Source: Methylorubrum populi
GTDB taxonomy: Bacteria; Pseudomonadota; Alphaproteobacteria; Rhizobiales; Beijerinckiaceae
NCBI GenBank assembly: GCA_036946625.1
Contig: JAQIIU010000003.1
Span: 133,961 to 197,960, forward strand
Length of the DNA: 64,000 bases
Direction of reading: 5' to 3'
In this document: one piece after another, positions 1-9,154 of the stretch
How the letters are laid out: every line of letters starts with the position of its first letter
Position numbering within the stretch: the stretch's first letter is position 1
Notes under the pieces: model-generated
Databases searched by the model: none
The model's input: the letters and a program-made list of their open reading frames with translations, nothing else
What the model was told of the DNA's origin: nothing
Position numbers and translations under genes: made by a program

Positions 1-110
1 AGTTGCACCAGCGCGTCGAGCAGCGCCAGCGCCTCGTTGTGGGTGACGTGCTTCTGCGCCTGTCCGCCCGCGATCAGCGGCAGGGCGAGGCTCGGGGTCG
101 TGTCGGCCAT
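1..110 (-). CDS. DUF2793-like protein, N-terminal fragment (gene runs off the window edge). This gene usually follows g15 in RcGTA-type clusters.
   Basis: ATG at 110 is preceded by GGAGG. My own translation is MADTTPSLALPLIAGGQAQKHVTHNEALALLDALVQ, which matches the conserved N-terminus I recall for DUF2793. It is absent from the ORF track because it is open at the edge. Confidence 0.55.
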   Translation of the reverse strand, partial: MADTTPSLALPLIAGGQAQKHVTHNEALALLDALVQ

Positions 111-151
111 CGGCCGCCTCCATGGCGTGGTGTCGCGCGTGATGGTGGATG

Positions 152-3100
152 TCAGGTGCGCACGCTCACCCGCGCGCGGCGGGCGGGTCCGGGGCCGGCA
201 AGCGTGCCGACCTGCGCCACGGCGAAGGCGATCTCGGTGCGCGGCGCCCCGAAATCGGCGATCTCGTCCGCGCCCGCGTAGAGCGCGTCCGGGCTCGCGC
301 TGGCGAGGCGGCGCAGGACGCGCCCGTCCTCGGCGAGGATGTCGAGGCGGTAGGCTTCCGCGCCCTCGCCGAGCGGCACGTCGGCCGGCTCCCAGGCATC
401 GGCGTCGCGCCGCGCCCGGCGGGTCCAGCTCAGGCGGAGGCCGCCGGCCTCCCGCCGGGCGCGCAGGTGGACCGGGCTCAACGGCGCGAAGGCCGCCAGG
501 CCCGCCGTCGCGGCGAAGCCGACGAAGGCCGGATCGGCCGGGTCGCGCTCGGCCGGGCCGACCCGGTAGAGGAAGCGGCGGCCCGCCTCGTCGAGACGCT
601 CGACCAGCGGCGCGACGGCGCCGTCGTCGAGGCGCACGATCAGGCTCCCCGCCCCCGCCTGCCGGCCCGCGGCGGCCTCGCTGCCGGCGAGCCCCCGCAG
701 CAGGCCGGAGAGCCGCCACGTCCCGCCCCCGATCAGCTCGGCCCGGGCGGCGGACAGGATCTCGACCGCCCCGTCGCCGCCGACGAGGGCGAACAGGTTG
801 CCGCCGGCGAGCGCGGCGGCCTCGCCGATCGCACTCAGTCCCTCGGCGTGGCGCAGGGCGACGTCGAGCCGCGCATTGCGGTCGAAGCGCCAGAGCGGGC
901 CGGGGGCGAGCGGGTTCAGCGTGCGGCCGAGGCAGGCGGGATGGTCGAGGGTGCGGTGGGGCAGGAACGGCGCTCCCTCCCCGGCCGCGCGCCAGACCGC
1001 GACCGCGCCGGGCCAGGGATCGGCGGCGACCGCGAGGTAGGAGAGCGGCACCGGGTTGCCGCGCTCGACCGGCAGGACGAGCGGCAGGGCGAAGACCGGT
1101 CCGGCCAGGGCCGGCGGCGTCCGGCCGGGCCGGGGGACGGGTGCGGCGGGGACGGGATCGCGCCTGAGGAGCGGCACCGCCCGCGTCTCGATCCGGCGCC
1201 CCGTCGGGGCGTCGTCGATCCGGGCGACGCGGTGGAGCGTGCCGCGCGTCTCGCCCGGCAGCCGCACGCGGTCGCCGGGCTCCAGATCGATCCGGCGCGG
1301 GCTCAGCCGGAAGCCCGCGCCGTCGCGGGCGGCGAGTGCCGCGTCGAGGACGCTCTCCGCGAGCCCCTGGGCCGCCTCCCGCCGCGTGACGATCGCCGCG
1401 TCGATGCGGGTCTCCCGCCGCCGCGCGCCGGCCGGGCGCGCGGCGGCGGCGGTGGCCCGGCGGTAATCCGGGCTCTCGCCGTCGCTGATGCCGATCTCGA
1501 CGGAGCGGGGCAATTCGCTCTCCTGCGCCCGCACCCGACGCAAGGGCGCATCCTCGTCCTCCGCGAGGACGAGATCGCCGGCTTCGATCACGGTTGGGGC
1601 GTCGGCCCGCGTGCCGGCGATGCGCAGGCTCCCGGCGGAGTCCGCCACGTCGAGACCGAACAGCCGTGTGAGCGGCTCGAGCGCCTCGCGGGCCGAGAGC
1701 GGCCGGTCGAGGACGTAACCGTCGAGGAAGCCGGCGGCCTCGATGGCGGAGGGCGCCGCGATCCCGAGATCGGCCAGGATCGCGCCGATCAGCCGGTCGA
1801 GTTCCAGCCCCTCGATGCGGCCGGTGATCCAGTGGCCGAGCGCCCAGTTGGCGGCGTCCGACCAGACGCCCGTGAAGTCGGGAAAGGCGGGAAAGGGGCG
1901 CGCGTCCCAGGCCCAGACATAGATGTCCTCGGGCGCGATCATCCGCCCGCCATAGACCGGCGACACCGGATTATGAGCCGGCTCGAAATCAAGCCCCGCC
2001 GGATCGAACCGCGAAAGGATCGCGTCGAGGCCGCGGGCCTGGATCAGGTCGTCGCGGGTGCCGCGGGAGAAGGGCGGGCGGGCATCCTCCGAGGATTTCG
2101 GGTCGGGGAACACGTTGGGCCCGTTGGTGCCGCGATCGACCGCGGGAATGCCGATCTCGGTGAGCCAGATCGGCTTCGCCCTCGGCGCCCAGGCGGTCGG
2201 CCCGGTCTCGACCCCGCCCTCCCGCTCGACATGCGGGTTCGACCACCACGCGACCAGATCCTTGGCCCGGTAGATCCAGGGCTTGCCGTAGGCGCCGTCG
2301 GTGATCGGCGTGCGGATCTGCGCAACCCGGTCCTCGGGGCTGGCATAGTACCAGTCGAAGGCCTCGCCCGCGCCGAGGCGTCCCTTGAGATAGGCGCGGT
2401 CGTAGATCTCGGCGGCTTCGGCCGCGTCGCGGTGATCGGGACCGTCGCGCCAGTCCGAGAGCGGCGGGTAGTAGTCGATGCCGACCGCGTCGACGGCGGA
2501 ATCGGCGAACAGCGGGTCGAGGGGGAAGCGCACGGAGGCGCCGCCCCCGCGGACATGGGCGCCGTACTCGGTCCAGTCGGCGGCGTAGACGAGGCTCACG
2601 CCGCTCCCGAGCCGGGTGCGGATCTCCGCGGCGAGCCGGCGAAGCCGGTCCACGGCCGGATAGGAGCCGCCCGGCCCGCGCACCCGCGTAAGGCCCACGA
2701 ACTCGCTGCCGAGGACGAATCCGGCGAGCGTCGCACCCGCCGCCGCCCAGCCCGCGGCGAGATCGGCATAATGCCCGATCATCGCCCGGTAGCCCTGCGG
2801 CCCCTCGAAGAAGGCCGCGACCTGATCCGCCGCCGCCTGCGTACCATCCGGGCTGCCGGGTTGATCGGGGGCGGGATCGCAGGTGATGCGCCCGCGCCAG
2901 GGATAGGGGGGCTGCCGGCCCGCCGGATTGCGCGGGTCGGGCAGGGCGTTGCCCGCCGGCACGTCCATCATCACGAAGGGATAGAGCACGACCGCGAGGC
3001 CGCGGCGGGTCAATTCCGCCACCAGCCGGCCGAGACCGGCATCGGCGGGCGTGCCGCCATAGGCTGCGGTGTCGCCGGAGCGCGAGACGGATCGCGCCGT

Positions 3101-4057
3101 CGCGCGGGTCAACCCGGCGACCGCCCAGGGCTCCCCCGTCGTCGCCTTGGCCGCAGCCTCGACCCGCGGCGTCACCGTGCAATGGCCGGCGCGCAGGTCG
3201 TCGCCGAACCAGCTCACGACCACCGAGACCCGCTTCAGCCGCGGACAGAGCGCCTGGAGCGCGTCGAGGGAGGCGAGCACGTCGCTCGTCCCCTGCAACT
3301 GAAATAGATTAGCCGGCTTCGTTGAGCCGAATCCCGCATCCTCGCTGACGGAAAGCGGGTCGAGCCCGAACTCGGTCGAGCCGGGGATCAGGCAGACCGC
3401 GCGGATCCTGCTGCCGAGCCCCGCGATCGGGCGGATCACCTCGAAGGCGAACTGCGGAATGCGGTTGCCGAAGGCGGCGAGCGGCAGCCGCTCGAACACG
3501 ACGTAGGCGAGCCCGCGATAGGCCGGTGCGTTCTCCGCGCCCTCCTTGGCGACGATGAGCGGGTCGGCCGCTTGCGCCGCGCTGCCGGGATGAATGCGGA
3601 GGTTGAGGGACGTCAGGTCGAGTTCGGTGCCGTCGGCCCAGATCCGCCGCACCAAGGCGATCTCGCCGGCGCAGAGGCCGACGGCGATGTTCGCGAAGTA
3701 GCTGTAGGCGGTGCGCACCGTCTTCTGGCCGCCGGCTCCGCCCTTCGAGCCGGAGGCGGCGCGCTCGACGGTGGTGTTGGCGACCTCCAGCGGCCGCGTC
3801 GCCCACAGCAGGGTGCCGCCGATGCGGGCGCGGCCGTAGACGCGGGGCACCGGCGCTCCCTCGGTGGAGGTGAGGCCGCCGAGTTCGGTCAGCCGCGGCC
3901 CCTCGACGAAGCGCGGGCTGGTGCCGGCGCCGAACAGGGCGCCGTCGAGGGCCGCTCCGCCGGCCGCGCCGACGACCCGGCCGATCATCCCGCCGATGGG
4001 GCCGCCGAGTGCGTTGCCGACCGCCTCGCCGGCCGTCTGAAGCACGAGCGTCGCCAT
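152..4057 (-). CDS. GTA g15-like host-specificity / distal tail protein (1301 aa)
   Basis: Very long ORF with a GGAGG RBS, last in a colinear RcGTA-like gene order. N-terminal Gly-rich segment followed by a large glycoside-hydrolase-like / phage-tail region, typical of rcc01698-type proteins. Confidence 0.85.
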   Translation of the reverse strand: MATLVLQTAGEAVGNALGGPIGGMIGRVVGAAGGAALDGALFGAGTSPRFVEGPRLTELGGLTSTEGAPVPRVYGRARIGGTLLWATRPLEVANTTVERAASGSKGGAGGQKTVRTAYSYFANIAVGLCAGEIALVRRIWADGTELDLTSLNLRIHPGSAAQAADPLIVAKEGAENAPAYRGLAYVVFERLPLAAFGNRIPQFAFEVIRPIAGLGSRIRAVCLIPGSTEFGLDPLSVSEDAGFGSTKPANLFQLQGTSDVLASLDALQALCPRLKRVSVVVSWFGDDLRAGHCTVTPRVEAAAKATTGEPWAVAGLTRATARSVSRSGDTAAYGGTPADAGLGRLVAELTRRGLAVVLYPFVMMDVPAGNALPDPRNPAGRQPPYPWRGRITCDPAPDQPGSPDGTQAAADQVAAFFEGPQGYRAMIGHYADLAAGWAAAGATLAGFVLGSEFVGLTRVRGPGGSYPAVDRLRRLAAEIRTRLGSGVSLVYAADWTEYGAHVRGGGASVRFPLDPLFADSAVDAVGIDYYPPLSDWRDGPDHRDAAEAAEIYDRAYLKGRLGAGEAFDWYYASPEDRVAQIRTPITDGAYGKPWIYRAKDLVAWWSNPHVEREGGVETGPTAWAPRAKPIWLTEIGIPAVDRGTNGPNVFPDPKSSEDARPPFSRGTRDDLIQARGLDAILSRFDPAGLDFEPAHNPVSPVYGGRMIAPEDIYVWAWDARPFPAFPDFTGVWSDAANWALGHWITGRIEGLELDRLIGAILADLGIAAPSAIEAAGFLDGYVLDRPLSAREALEPLTRLFGLDVADSAGSLRIAGTRADAPTVIEAGDLVLAEDEDAPLRRVRAQESELPRSVEIGISDGESPDYRRATAAAARPAGARRRETRIDAAIVTRREAAQGLAESVLDAALAARDGAGFRLSPRRIDLEPGDRVRLPGETRGTLHRVARIDDAPTGRRIETRAVPLLRRDPVPAAPVPRPGRTPPALAGPVFALPLVLPVERGNPVPLSYLAVAADPWPGAVAVWRAAGEGAPFLPHRTLDHPACLGRTLNPLAPGPLWRFDRNARLDVALRHAEGLSAIGEAAALAGGNLFALVGGDGAVEILSAARAELIGGGTWRLSGLLRGLAGSEAAAGRQAGAGSLIVRLDDGAVAPLVERLDEAGRRFLYRVGPAERDPADPAFVGFAATAGLAAFAPLSPVHLRARREAGGLRLSWTRRARRDADAWEPADVPLGEGAEAYRLDILAEDGRVLRRLASASPDALYAGADEIADFGAPRTEIAFAVAQVGTLAGPGPARRARVSVRT

Positions 4058-4082
4058 GGCGGAGCCTCCGGGCCGGTTTGGA

Positions 4083-4544
4083 TCAGGGCGGATCGGGAAA
4101 GCGGAAGGCGTGGGCGAGGTGGCGCCGCCACCATGGGGTCAGGGCGACCTCCGTCACCGCCGCGCCGTCATGGGCGTGGATCATCGCCGCCGGTCCCGTG
4201 GCGATGGCGCAGTGTTTTGCCGGCAAATGCGCACGGAAGGCGAAGAGCAGCACGTCGCCCGCACGCGGCCCGTAACCCGGCAGCGGCTCGGTGACCGGCA
4301 CGAGATGGCGGCGCGCGGCGGCGAGCAGCGGGTCGCTGCCGACGGACGCGGATTCGGCCCAGGAGGCGGCATAGGGCGGCGCCTCCTCCGGCTCGGGTCC
4401 GAGCACCGCCCGCCAGACGCCGCGGAGCAGGCCGAGGCAGTCGCAGCCGACGCCCTTCAGCGAGGCCTGGTGCCGGTAGGGCGTGCCGGCCCATTCGCGG
4501 GCCTCCGCCACGATGCGCTCGGCGAGCGGTGCTGGCCCGTCCAT
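4083..4544 (-). CDS. GTA g14-like NlpC/P60 cell-wall peptidase
   Basis: Motifs GVGCDCLGLLRGVW (catalytic Cys) and a later His (AMIHAH). Start chosen at MDGPAPL (ATG 4544), 8 nt after the g13 stop. The ORF track start at 4592 would overlap g13. Confidence 0.8.
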   Translation of the reverse strand: MDGPAPLAERIVAEAREWAGTPYRHQASLKGVGCDCLGLLRGVWRAVLGPEPEEAPPYAASWAESASVGSDPLLAAARRHLVPVTEPLPGYGPRAGDVLLFAFRAHLPAKHCAIATGPAAMIHAHDGAAVTEVALTPWWRRHLAHAFRFPDPP

Positions 4545-4551
4545 GACCGCC

Positions 4552-5445
4552 TCACCGGAACAGGCTGGAGCCGTCGAGGCGGGTGGCCGCATCGGGGGTC
4601 GACCGGAGCACGAAGTCGTTGCCGGGCATGTGGGGAAATCCCTGGAAGTTCAAGGAGTTGGCGAACTTGTCCCGGCAGGTGGCGAGGCTCTTGTCGCAGC
4701 CGGCGGTGAGGGCGAAGCTGTCGCCGGGCACGGCCGGCCGCGGCGGCGTCTCCCACAGGTCGAGGGTGACGCGCGCGCCCTCGCGACGGTGCGTCCTCAC
4801 GTCGGCGGCGAGGCCGGCATTGGCGCCCCGCTCCCAGACGAGGCGCCCGCCGGAGAACCAGGCGTCCGCAAGGTCCGTGGACAGCACGACGGTGAGGCGG
4901 CCGGGCTCCGGCACGACCTGCACCGTGCCGGTCGCGCGATAGCGCGGGCCGGCGAGGCCGACGCGGCAGCGGGCATCGCCGAGATCCGCATCGCAGGCGG
5001 CGCGGAAGGTGCGGCCGGTCTGCGCGTCGAGGCGGTGCATCAGGCCGCGCAACTCGGCGACGAAGGCGCCGCCCGCCCGGCGGATCTCGCCGATCGTCGC
5101 CACGTCGAGCAGCAGGCGCGCCTCGGGCTCGGCCCAATCGACCAGCCAGGTCTCGACCCCGGCCCCGTCGTAGAGGCCCGCCGCCACGTCGGCCTCGGTG
5201 ATCCCGGCGGAGGTGAGCGCGCCCGCGACCTCGCCGCCGCCGACGGCGAAACCGAGTTCCGCGCTCGCCTCCGCCGCCTCCAGGCCGGCGCGGGCGGCGT
5301 AGGTCACCCCGGCGAGCGCGAGGTCGCGGTCGTGGTCGGTGAAGCCGAGGACGAGGCCGTCGCGGCGGTGCAGAGCCCAGCAGCGGCACAGCGTGGTCGC
5401 CCCGTGACCCAAGCGGGCGGCGAGGGCGGGCGGGATCGCGCGCAT
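4552..5445 (-). CDS. GTA g13-like protein (DUF2163 plus phage BR0599-type C-terminal domain)
   Basis: MRAIPPALAARLGHGATTLCRCWAL...FTDHDRDL is the conserved N-terminus of this family. Strong GAGGAGG RBS. Correct position in the cluster. Confidence 0.8.
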   Translation of the reverse strand: MRAIPPALAARLGHGATTLCRCWALHRRDGLVLGFTDHDRDLALAGVTYAARAGLEAAEASAELGFAVGGGEVAGALTSAGITEADVAAGLYDGAGVETWLVDWAEPEARLLLDVATIGEIRRAGGAFVAELRGLMHRLDAQTGRTFRAACDADLGDARCRVGLAGPRYRATGTVQVVPEPGRLTVVLSTDLADAWFSGGRLVWERGANAGLAADVRTHRREGARVTLDLWETPPRPAVPGDSFALTAGCDKSLATCRDKFANSLNFQGFPHMPGNDFVLRSTPDAATRLDGSSLFR

Positions 5446-5456
5446 CGGCTTCCTCC

Positions 5457-6098
5457 TCAGGGCACGATTTCGATCAGCGGGATGCGTGGCACCTCGCCCG
5501 CGGTGAAGGCGGCGAGATCGACCGTGAGTTCGTCGGTGTCGAAGCGGACGGGCACGTCGAACGCGAAGCCGGCGGTGACGCTCGCGCCCAGGGCGGGCAC
5601 CGCATCGGGAGCGAAGGTGACCTGACCCGTCGCCGGATCGCAGGCGAATTCGTTTGCCGGCACTTCGGCGCCGTTCACGGCGACGCGCACGCTGCCGGCC
5701 ACCGGCTTGGCGACGACCCGGCGATAGGCTTCCGGGCCGCTTCCGTAGGTCTTGGCGAGGGTGAAGACGCGGGTGGTGCCGTCGCCGGTGCCGATCGGCT
5801 GGTCGGTCGGCGCGATCGCGCGCGAGGGCGGACCGGAGCGGTGATCGACCCGGTCGCGGTAGCGGAAGCCGTAGAGCCGGCCGCGCCGCTCCTCGAAGAA
5901 GCCCAGCACCGCGTGCAGGGCGTCGAGGGTGCGGATGCCGAGGCCGGCATCGTAGCGGCGGCGCGAATCGGCCCAGCGGCTGTTGCGGTGCTCTCTCCCC
6001 GAGGCCAGCGTGACGATCTCGGTCCGCCGCACCGGGCCACCGCTGCCGCGCAAGGCGACGTCGAGGGGAAAGCGCACCTCGTGGAAGTCGGACGGCAT
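5457..6098 (-). CDS. GTA g12-like protein (DUF2460 / TIGR02217 family)
   Basis: MPSDFHEVRFPLDV...SRWADSRRRYD and GFRYRD motifs. Start at ATG 6098 with a GAGAGG RBS. Synteny. Confidence 0.8.
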   Translation of the reverse strand: MPSDFHEVRFPLDVALRGSGGPVRRTEIVTLASGREHRNSRWADSRRRYDAGLGIRTLDALHAVLGFFEERRGRLYGFRYRDRVDHRSGPPSRAIAPTDQPIGTGDGTTRVFTLAKTYGSGPEAYRRVVAKPVAGSVRVAVNGAEVPANEFACDPATGQVTFAPDAVPALGASVTAGFAFDVPVRFDTDELTVDLAAFTAGEVPRIPLIEIVP

Positions 6099-6109
6099 GC
6101 GGGAGCCTC

Positions 6110-6757
6110 TCACAAAGCGCGCTGGCCGCGCGCCACGGCGCGGGCGAGGCGGGCGGCGACCTGCGCCTCCGAGCGGCGGAAGCCCTCGATGTCGGGGGTG
6201 GCGATGTTGACGGTGACCGCGACCGGCCGCTCCGCCCCGCCCGCGGCGACGCCGAGGCGGCCGTCGCTGCCGCGCCGCAGCGGCAGGATCGCCTCAGGGC
6301 CCGCCTCGCCCATCAGGCCGGTGCCGCCGGAACCCGCGAGCGGGAAGTAGGTGGGCGCGGCCACGATCCCGCCGGCGGCGAAGGGGCGAACCCGTCCGGT
6401 GCCCAGGGCACCTGCAAGACCGCCGCCGAGGACGCCGCCGAGGCGGAACGGCACGATCCGCCCCCCCGCGACGATCCCGCCCTTCGCCAGCGCCGTCGCG
6501 CCGCCGGCCTCGCCCCCCGCGCTCAGCAGGCCGTCGACGAGGCTCCTCACCCCCGTCCTCACGGGCGCGAGCGCCGCCTTCACCGCGACGTTCGAGAGCT
6601 TGCTCGCCAGCGAGGCCAGCACGCCGTCGAGCTGGCGCCCGGCATTGAGGTTGCGGTCGAAGGCCGAGGACAGGCTCTGTCCGAAGCGCTGAGCCAGCCG
6701 GTCGAGGGTTTCGAGCTGCTTCGTCCGCTCGGCGGTGGTGCGGTCGGCGTCGGTCAT
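6110..6757 (-). CDS. GTA g11-like tail tape measure protein
   Basis: Gly/Ala-rich 215-aa protein with the ending ...PDIEGFRRSEAQVAARLARAV typical of RcGTA-type tape measures. ATGA overlap with the upstream g10.1 stop. Confidence 0.75.
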   Translation of the reverse strand: MTDADRTTAERTKQLETLDRLAQRFGQSLSSAFDRNLNAGRQLDGVLASLASKLSNVAVKAALAPVRTGVRSLVDGLLSAGGEAGGATALAKGGIVAGGRIVPFRLGGVLGGGLAGALGTGRVRPFAAGGIVAAPTYFPLAGSGGTGLMGEAGPEAILPLRRGSDGRLGVAAGGAERPVAVTVNIATPDIEGFRRSEAQVAARLARAVARGQRAL

Positions 6758-6987
6758 CGCACGTCCTCCGGATCGGGGTGGGCCGCGAGCAGCCGATCGA
6801 AGTCGGACCGGCCCAGGGCCTCGGGCGCCGGCCGGGTCAGGCCGGCGGCGGCAGCGAGTTCGCGGGGCGTCGCGGCCCAGAGGTCGCGCGGGCGCCAGCG
6901 CAGGGTCGCGAGACCGAGCGCCAGCACCGCATCCCACGGGAAGGCGGAGACGGGCGTCTCCGGCGCGGGGCTCCCCGGGGCGCTCAA
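6754..6987 (-). CDS. GTA g10.1-like small tail assembly protein (rcc01693-type)
   Basis: 77-aa ORF (FPWDAVLALGL...WAATPRELAAA) in the expected slot. It begins at a TTG that overlaps the g10 TGA stop, so the start is uncertain. Confidence 0.6.
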   Translation of the reverse strand: MSAPGSPAPETPVSAFPWDAVLALGLATLRWRPRDLWAATPRELAAAAGLTRPAPEALGRSDFDRLLAAHPDPEDVR

Positions 6988-7310
6988 GGGTCCGCGGGCG
7001 GCGCCTCGCCGAAGGCGGCGACCAGCGCTTCGCCCAGCGCCTCGGTCACGCGCGCGAGGCCGCCCGCGAGCGGCAGGCGGGCCACGGCCTCGTCGTCGAG
7101 GGCGTGGCCGCCGCCGCGCAGGGCTGCGCCGAGGAGCGCGATCACGTCGCGGGCGGCGAGCCGCCCTCCGGCGAAGCGCTCGGCGAGCCCGGCGAGATCG
7201 CCCGCGCCGAGCGCGTTCTCCAGTTCGGCCAGCGCCCCGAGGGTGAGGCAGAGGGTGTAGCGCTCGGACCCGAGCGCGAGCGGCACCTCGCCGCGTCGGC
7301 GGTTGGCCAT
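6984..7310 (-). CDS. GTA g10-like protein (gene transfer agent family protein, tail assembly chaperone position)
   Basis: MANRRRGEVPLALGSERYTLCLTLGALAELE is the family signature as I recall it. Synteny. Confidence 0.75.
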   Translation of the reverse strand: MANRRRGEVPLALGSERYTLCLTLGALAELENALGAGDLAGLAERFAGGRLAARDVIALLGAALRGGGHALDDEAVARLPLAGGLARVTEALGEALVAAFGEAPPADP

Positions 7311-7314
7311 GGTC

Positions 7315-7725
7315 TTAAGCCCCCGCGAAGCTCAAGGGGCCGGCGGAATCCAGCGCCATGTCGAAGGTGACCTCGCCCGCATGCTCGCCGCGGTATTCGA
7401 GGCTGGTGATCTGGAACAGGCCCTCGATCGTGCCGAAGGCGGGCACCACGATCTGGAAGGCGTCGATGACGCCGTCGAAGAACATCTGGCGCAGGTGCGC
7501 GTCGGAGGCCTCGTCGCGAAACACGCCCGATCCGGCGACCGAGGCGCGGCGCACGCCCGCTCCAGCCAGCAACTCGCGCCAGCGCCCGGCCGAGTCGGCG
7601 TTGGTGACGTCCACGGTCTCGGCGTTGAAGGCGAGCTGCCGGGCGCGCAGGCCCGCCACCGCGACGAAGCCGCCGGCCCCGTTGCCGACCCGGATCAGCA
7701 GATCCCTGCCCTTCTGTGCACTCAT
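7315..7725 (-). CDS. GTA g9-like major tail protein (TP901-1/TIGR02126-type)
   Basis: 136 aa, MSAQKGRDLLIRVGNG...AGLRARQLAFNAE...FQITSLEYRGEHAGEVTF. Synteny. Confidence 0.8.
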   Translation of the reverse strand: MSAQKGRDLLIRVGNGAGGFVAVAGLRARQLAFNAETVDVTNADSAGRWRELLAGAGVRRASVAGSGVFRDEASDAHLRQMFFDGVIDAFQIVVPAFGTIEGLFQITSLEYRGEHAGEVTFDMALDSAGPLSFAGA

Positions 7726-8171
7726 GCTGCGGCTCCGGTCTTGTCGAGGGCTTGCGCCGCGACCTCGGTCACGGCCTCGAAGGCGAGGGTGGCGCGGGCC
7801 TCGCCGCTGCGCTCGTCGCGGGCGCTGGCGATGCGGGCGAGGCGCAGGAAGACGAGGGCGTGGCCGTTCAGGGCCAGGTCGGCCGCGTCGAGCAGTGCGG
7901 CGATGCGCTCGGCCGCGTCGAGGGCGGAGCGCGCCGAGCCCGGCTTGGCGAAGACGGTGAGGGCGAAGGCGTGGCGGTGGCGGCGGGCCCCGTCGACGGA
8001 ATCGTCGCGCACCTCACCGTCGCCGAACAGGGCGTAGACCGGCGCGGCCCCACGCGGAGGCTCGTCGTAGAGCCGCAGGCTGCCGCCCATCAGCGCGGCG
8101 AGACCCGCATCCCCGGCGAGGCGCGCGAGGATGCCGGCGCGCAGGGCGAGAAGAGGGCCGGGAGCCGTCAC
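7722..8171 (-). CDS. GTA g8-like protein (DUF3168)
   Basis: GTG start at 8171 overlaps the g7 stop (GTGA). The sequence VTAPGPLLALRAGILARLAGD...VYALFGDGEVRD fits DUF3168. The upstream part of the track ORF (to 8924) is Arg/Pro-rich read-through and is discarded. Confidence 0.7.
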   Translation of the reverse strand: MTAPGPLLALRAGILARLAGDAGLAALMGGSLRLYDEPPRGAAPVYALFGDGEVRDDSVDGARRHRHAFALTVFAKPGSARSALDAAERIAALLDAADLALNGHALVFLRLARIASARDERSGEARATLAFEAVTEVAAQALDKTGAAA

Positions 8172-8509
8172 GGCGCGGCCTCCTCGATCACTTCCTCGAT
8201 CTCGCAGACGAGATCGCGGCGGCGCCCGTCGGGATCGTCCGCCGCGCGGATGACGAAGCGGCGCGTCCCGTCGGCCAGGCGCATGTCCGGGGTGACGCCG
8301 GGGCGGTAGCGCAGGGCCACCCGGTAGAGGCCCGGCCGATCCGTCCGCCCGCCGCGACCCGCGACGGTGCTGCCCAGCGCCTCGAGCGAGCCCCACAGCA
8401 CGGGACCGGCGACGTAGCGGCGGAGGCGGCCGCCGAACCCGTCGGACACGTCCACCGGCAGTTCGAGCACGAGGCGCCGCCGCCGCGCGCCGAGCGGCAC
8501 ATGTGTCAT
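8168..8509 (-). CDS. GTA g7-like head-tail adaptor / head closure protein
   Basis: 113-aa ORF of the phage head-closure type (...LWGSLEAL...YRVALRYRPGVTPDMRL...). Synteny. Confidence 0.75.
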   Translation of the reverse strand: MTHVPLGARRRRLVLELPVDVSDGFGGRLRRYVAGPVLWGSLEALGSTVAGRGGRTDRPGLYRVALRYRPGVTPDMRLADGTRRFVIRAADDPDGRRRDLVCEIEEVIEEAAP

Positions 8510-8545
8510 CGTCGGGTCTCCATGCGCTTCGGGACGAGCTTCGGG

Positions 8546-9121
8546 TCAGAGCCGCATCCGGCGGCAGGCGGCGGCGAGCCCGGCGGCTTCCGGCGGCAGC
8601 GGCCGTGGCGCGCCTTCGCGGCCGGTGTCGCCGCGGTTCTCGAACCCGTCGGCGACCGTCAGGCGCAGGGCCTGGACCAGCGGCTCGGGGACGGGCGGCC
8701 CCTCGCCGCCGCAGCCGGCGCTCACCTCGATCAGCGCCGATCGCGTGCCGAGCGGCGGCACGTCCGGCCCGATCAGGAGGCACGGCGCCTCCCACGGGTC
8801 GGGACCGATGCGGACCGGCCCCGGCGCGATCTCGGTGAGCGTGCCGCGCGCATCGACCAGTCCGGCGCGAACCACGGCCACGAGCGGCGACAGCGGCAGC
8901 GGCAGCAGCCCGAGCCGGGGCCATTGCGTCAGCACCACACGGAAGCGGGCCGGGCGCAGAAGGCGGCGGGCGGCCGCCTCGACCGCCGCCCGCGCCGCCG
9001 GGATCAGGCGGGCGATCAGCGCGTCCTCGGCGGTCTCGTCGGAGGAGAGCCGCAGGAAGGCGCGCATCTCGCTCAAAGTCGTCGGCTCGACGCCGGTCTC
9101 ATCGACGCGTATCGGGGTCAT
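8546..9121 (-). CDS. GTA g6-like head-tail connector (gp6-like)
   Basis: ATG at 9121 (MTPIRVDETGVEPTTLSEMRAFLRLSSDETAEDALIARLIPAARAAVE), the typical phage gp6-like N-terminus. The remainder of track ORF 8546..10798 is antisense to the protease genes and is spurious. Confidence 0.75.
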   Translation of the reverse strand: MTPIRVDETGVEPTTLSEMRAFLRLSSDETAEDALIARLIPAARAAVEAAARRLLRPARFRVVLTQWPRLGLLPLPLSPLVAVVRAGLVDARGTLTEIAPGPVRIGPDPWEAPCLLIGPDVPPLGTRSALIEVSAGCGGEGPPVPEPLVQALRLTVADGFENRGDTGREGAPRPLPPEAAGLAAACRRMRL

Positions 9122-9154
9122 GCCGTCCTCTCCTCGAAGCCTCTTTCCGCATCG

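Noticed and set aside
149-3307. 1052-aa plus-strand ORF, and several other long ORFs, overlapping the GTA g15 gene.
   Set aside because: It is antisense to a well-supported 1301-aa gene. Its composition is Arg/Gly/Ala/Pro-rich and low in complexity, as expected from stop-codon scarcity in very GC-rich DNA. No motifs were recognised.
6984-7020. Possible programmed -1 frameshift joining g10 and g10.1, as in the phage G/GT tail chaperone arrangement.
   Set aside because: g10.1 is in the -1 frame relative to g10 and starts only at a TTG overlapping the g10 stop, which is suggestive. However, I found no canonical slippery heptamer (X XXY YYZ) in the last ~40 nt of g10, whose sequence is …GCG CCG CCC GCG GAC CCT TGA. 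The claim is left unmade. Mass spectrometry of particles would settle it.
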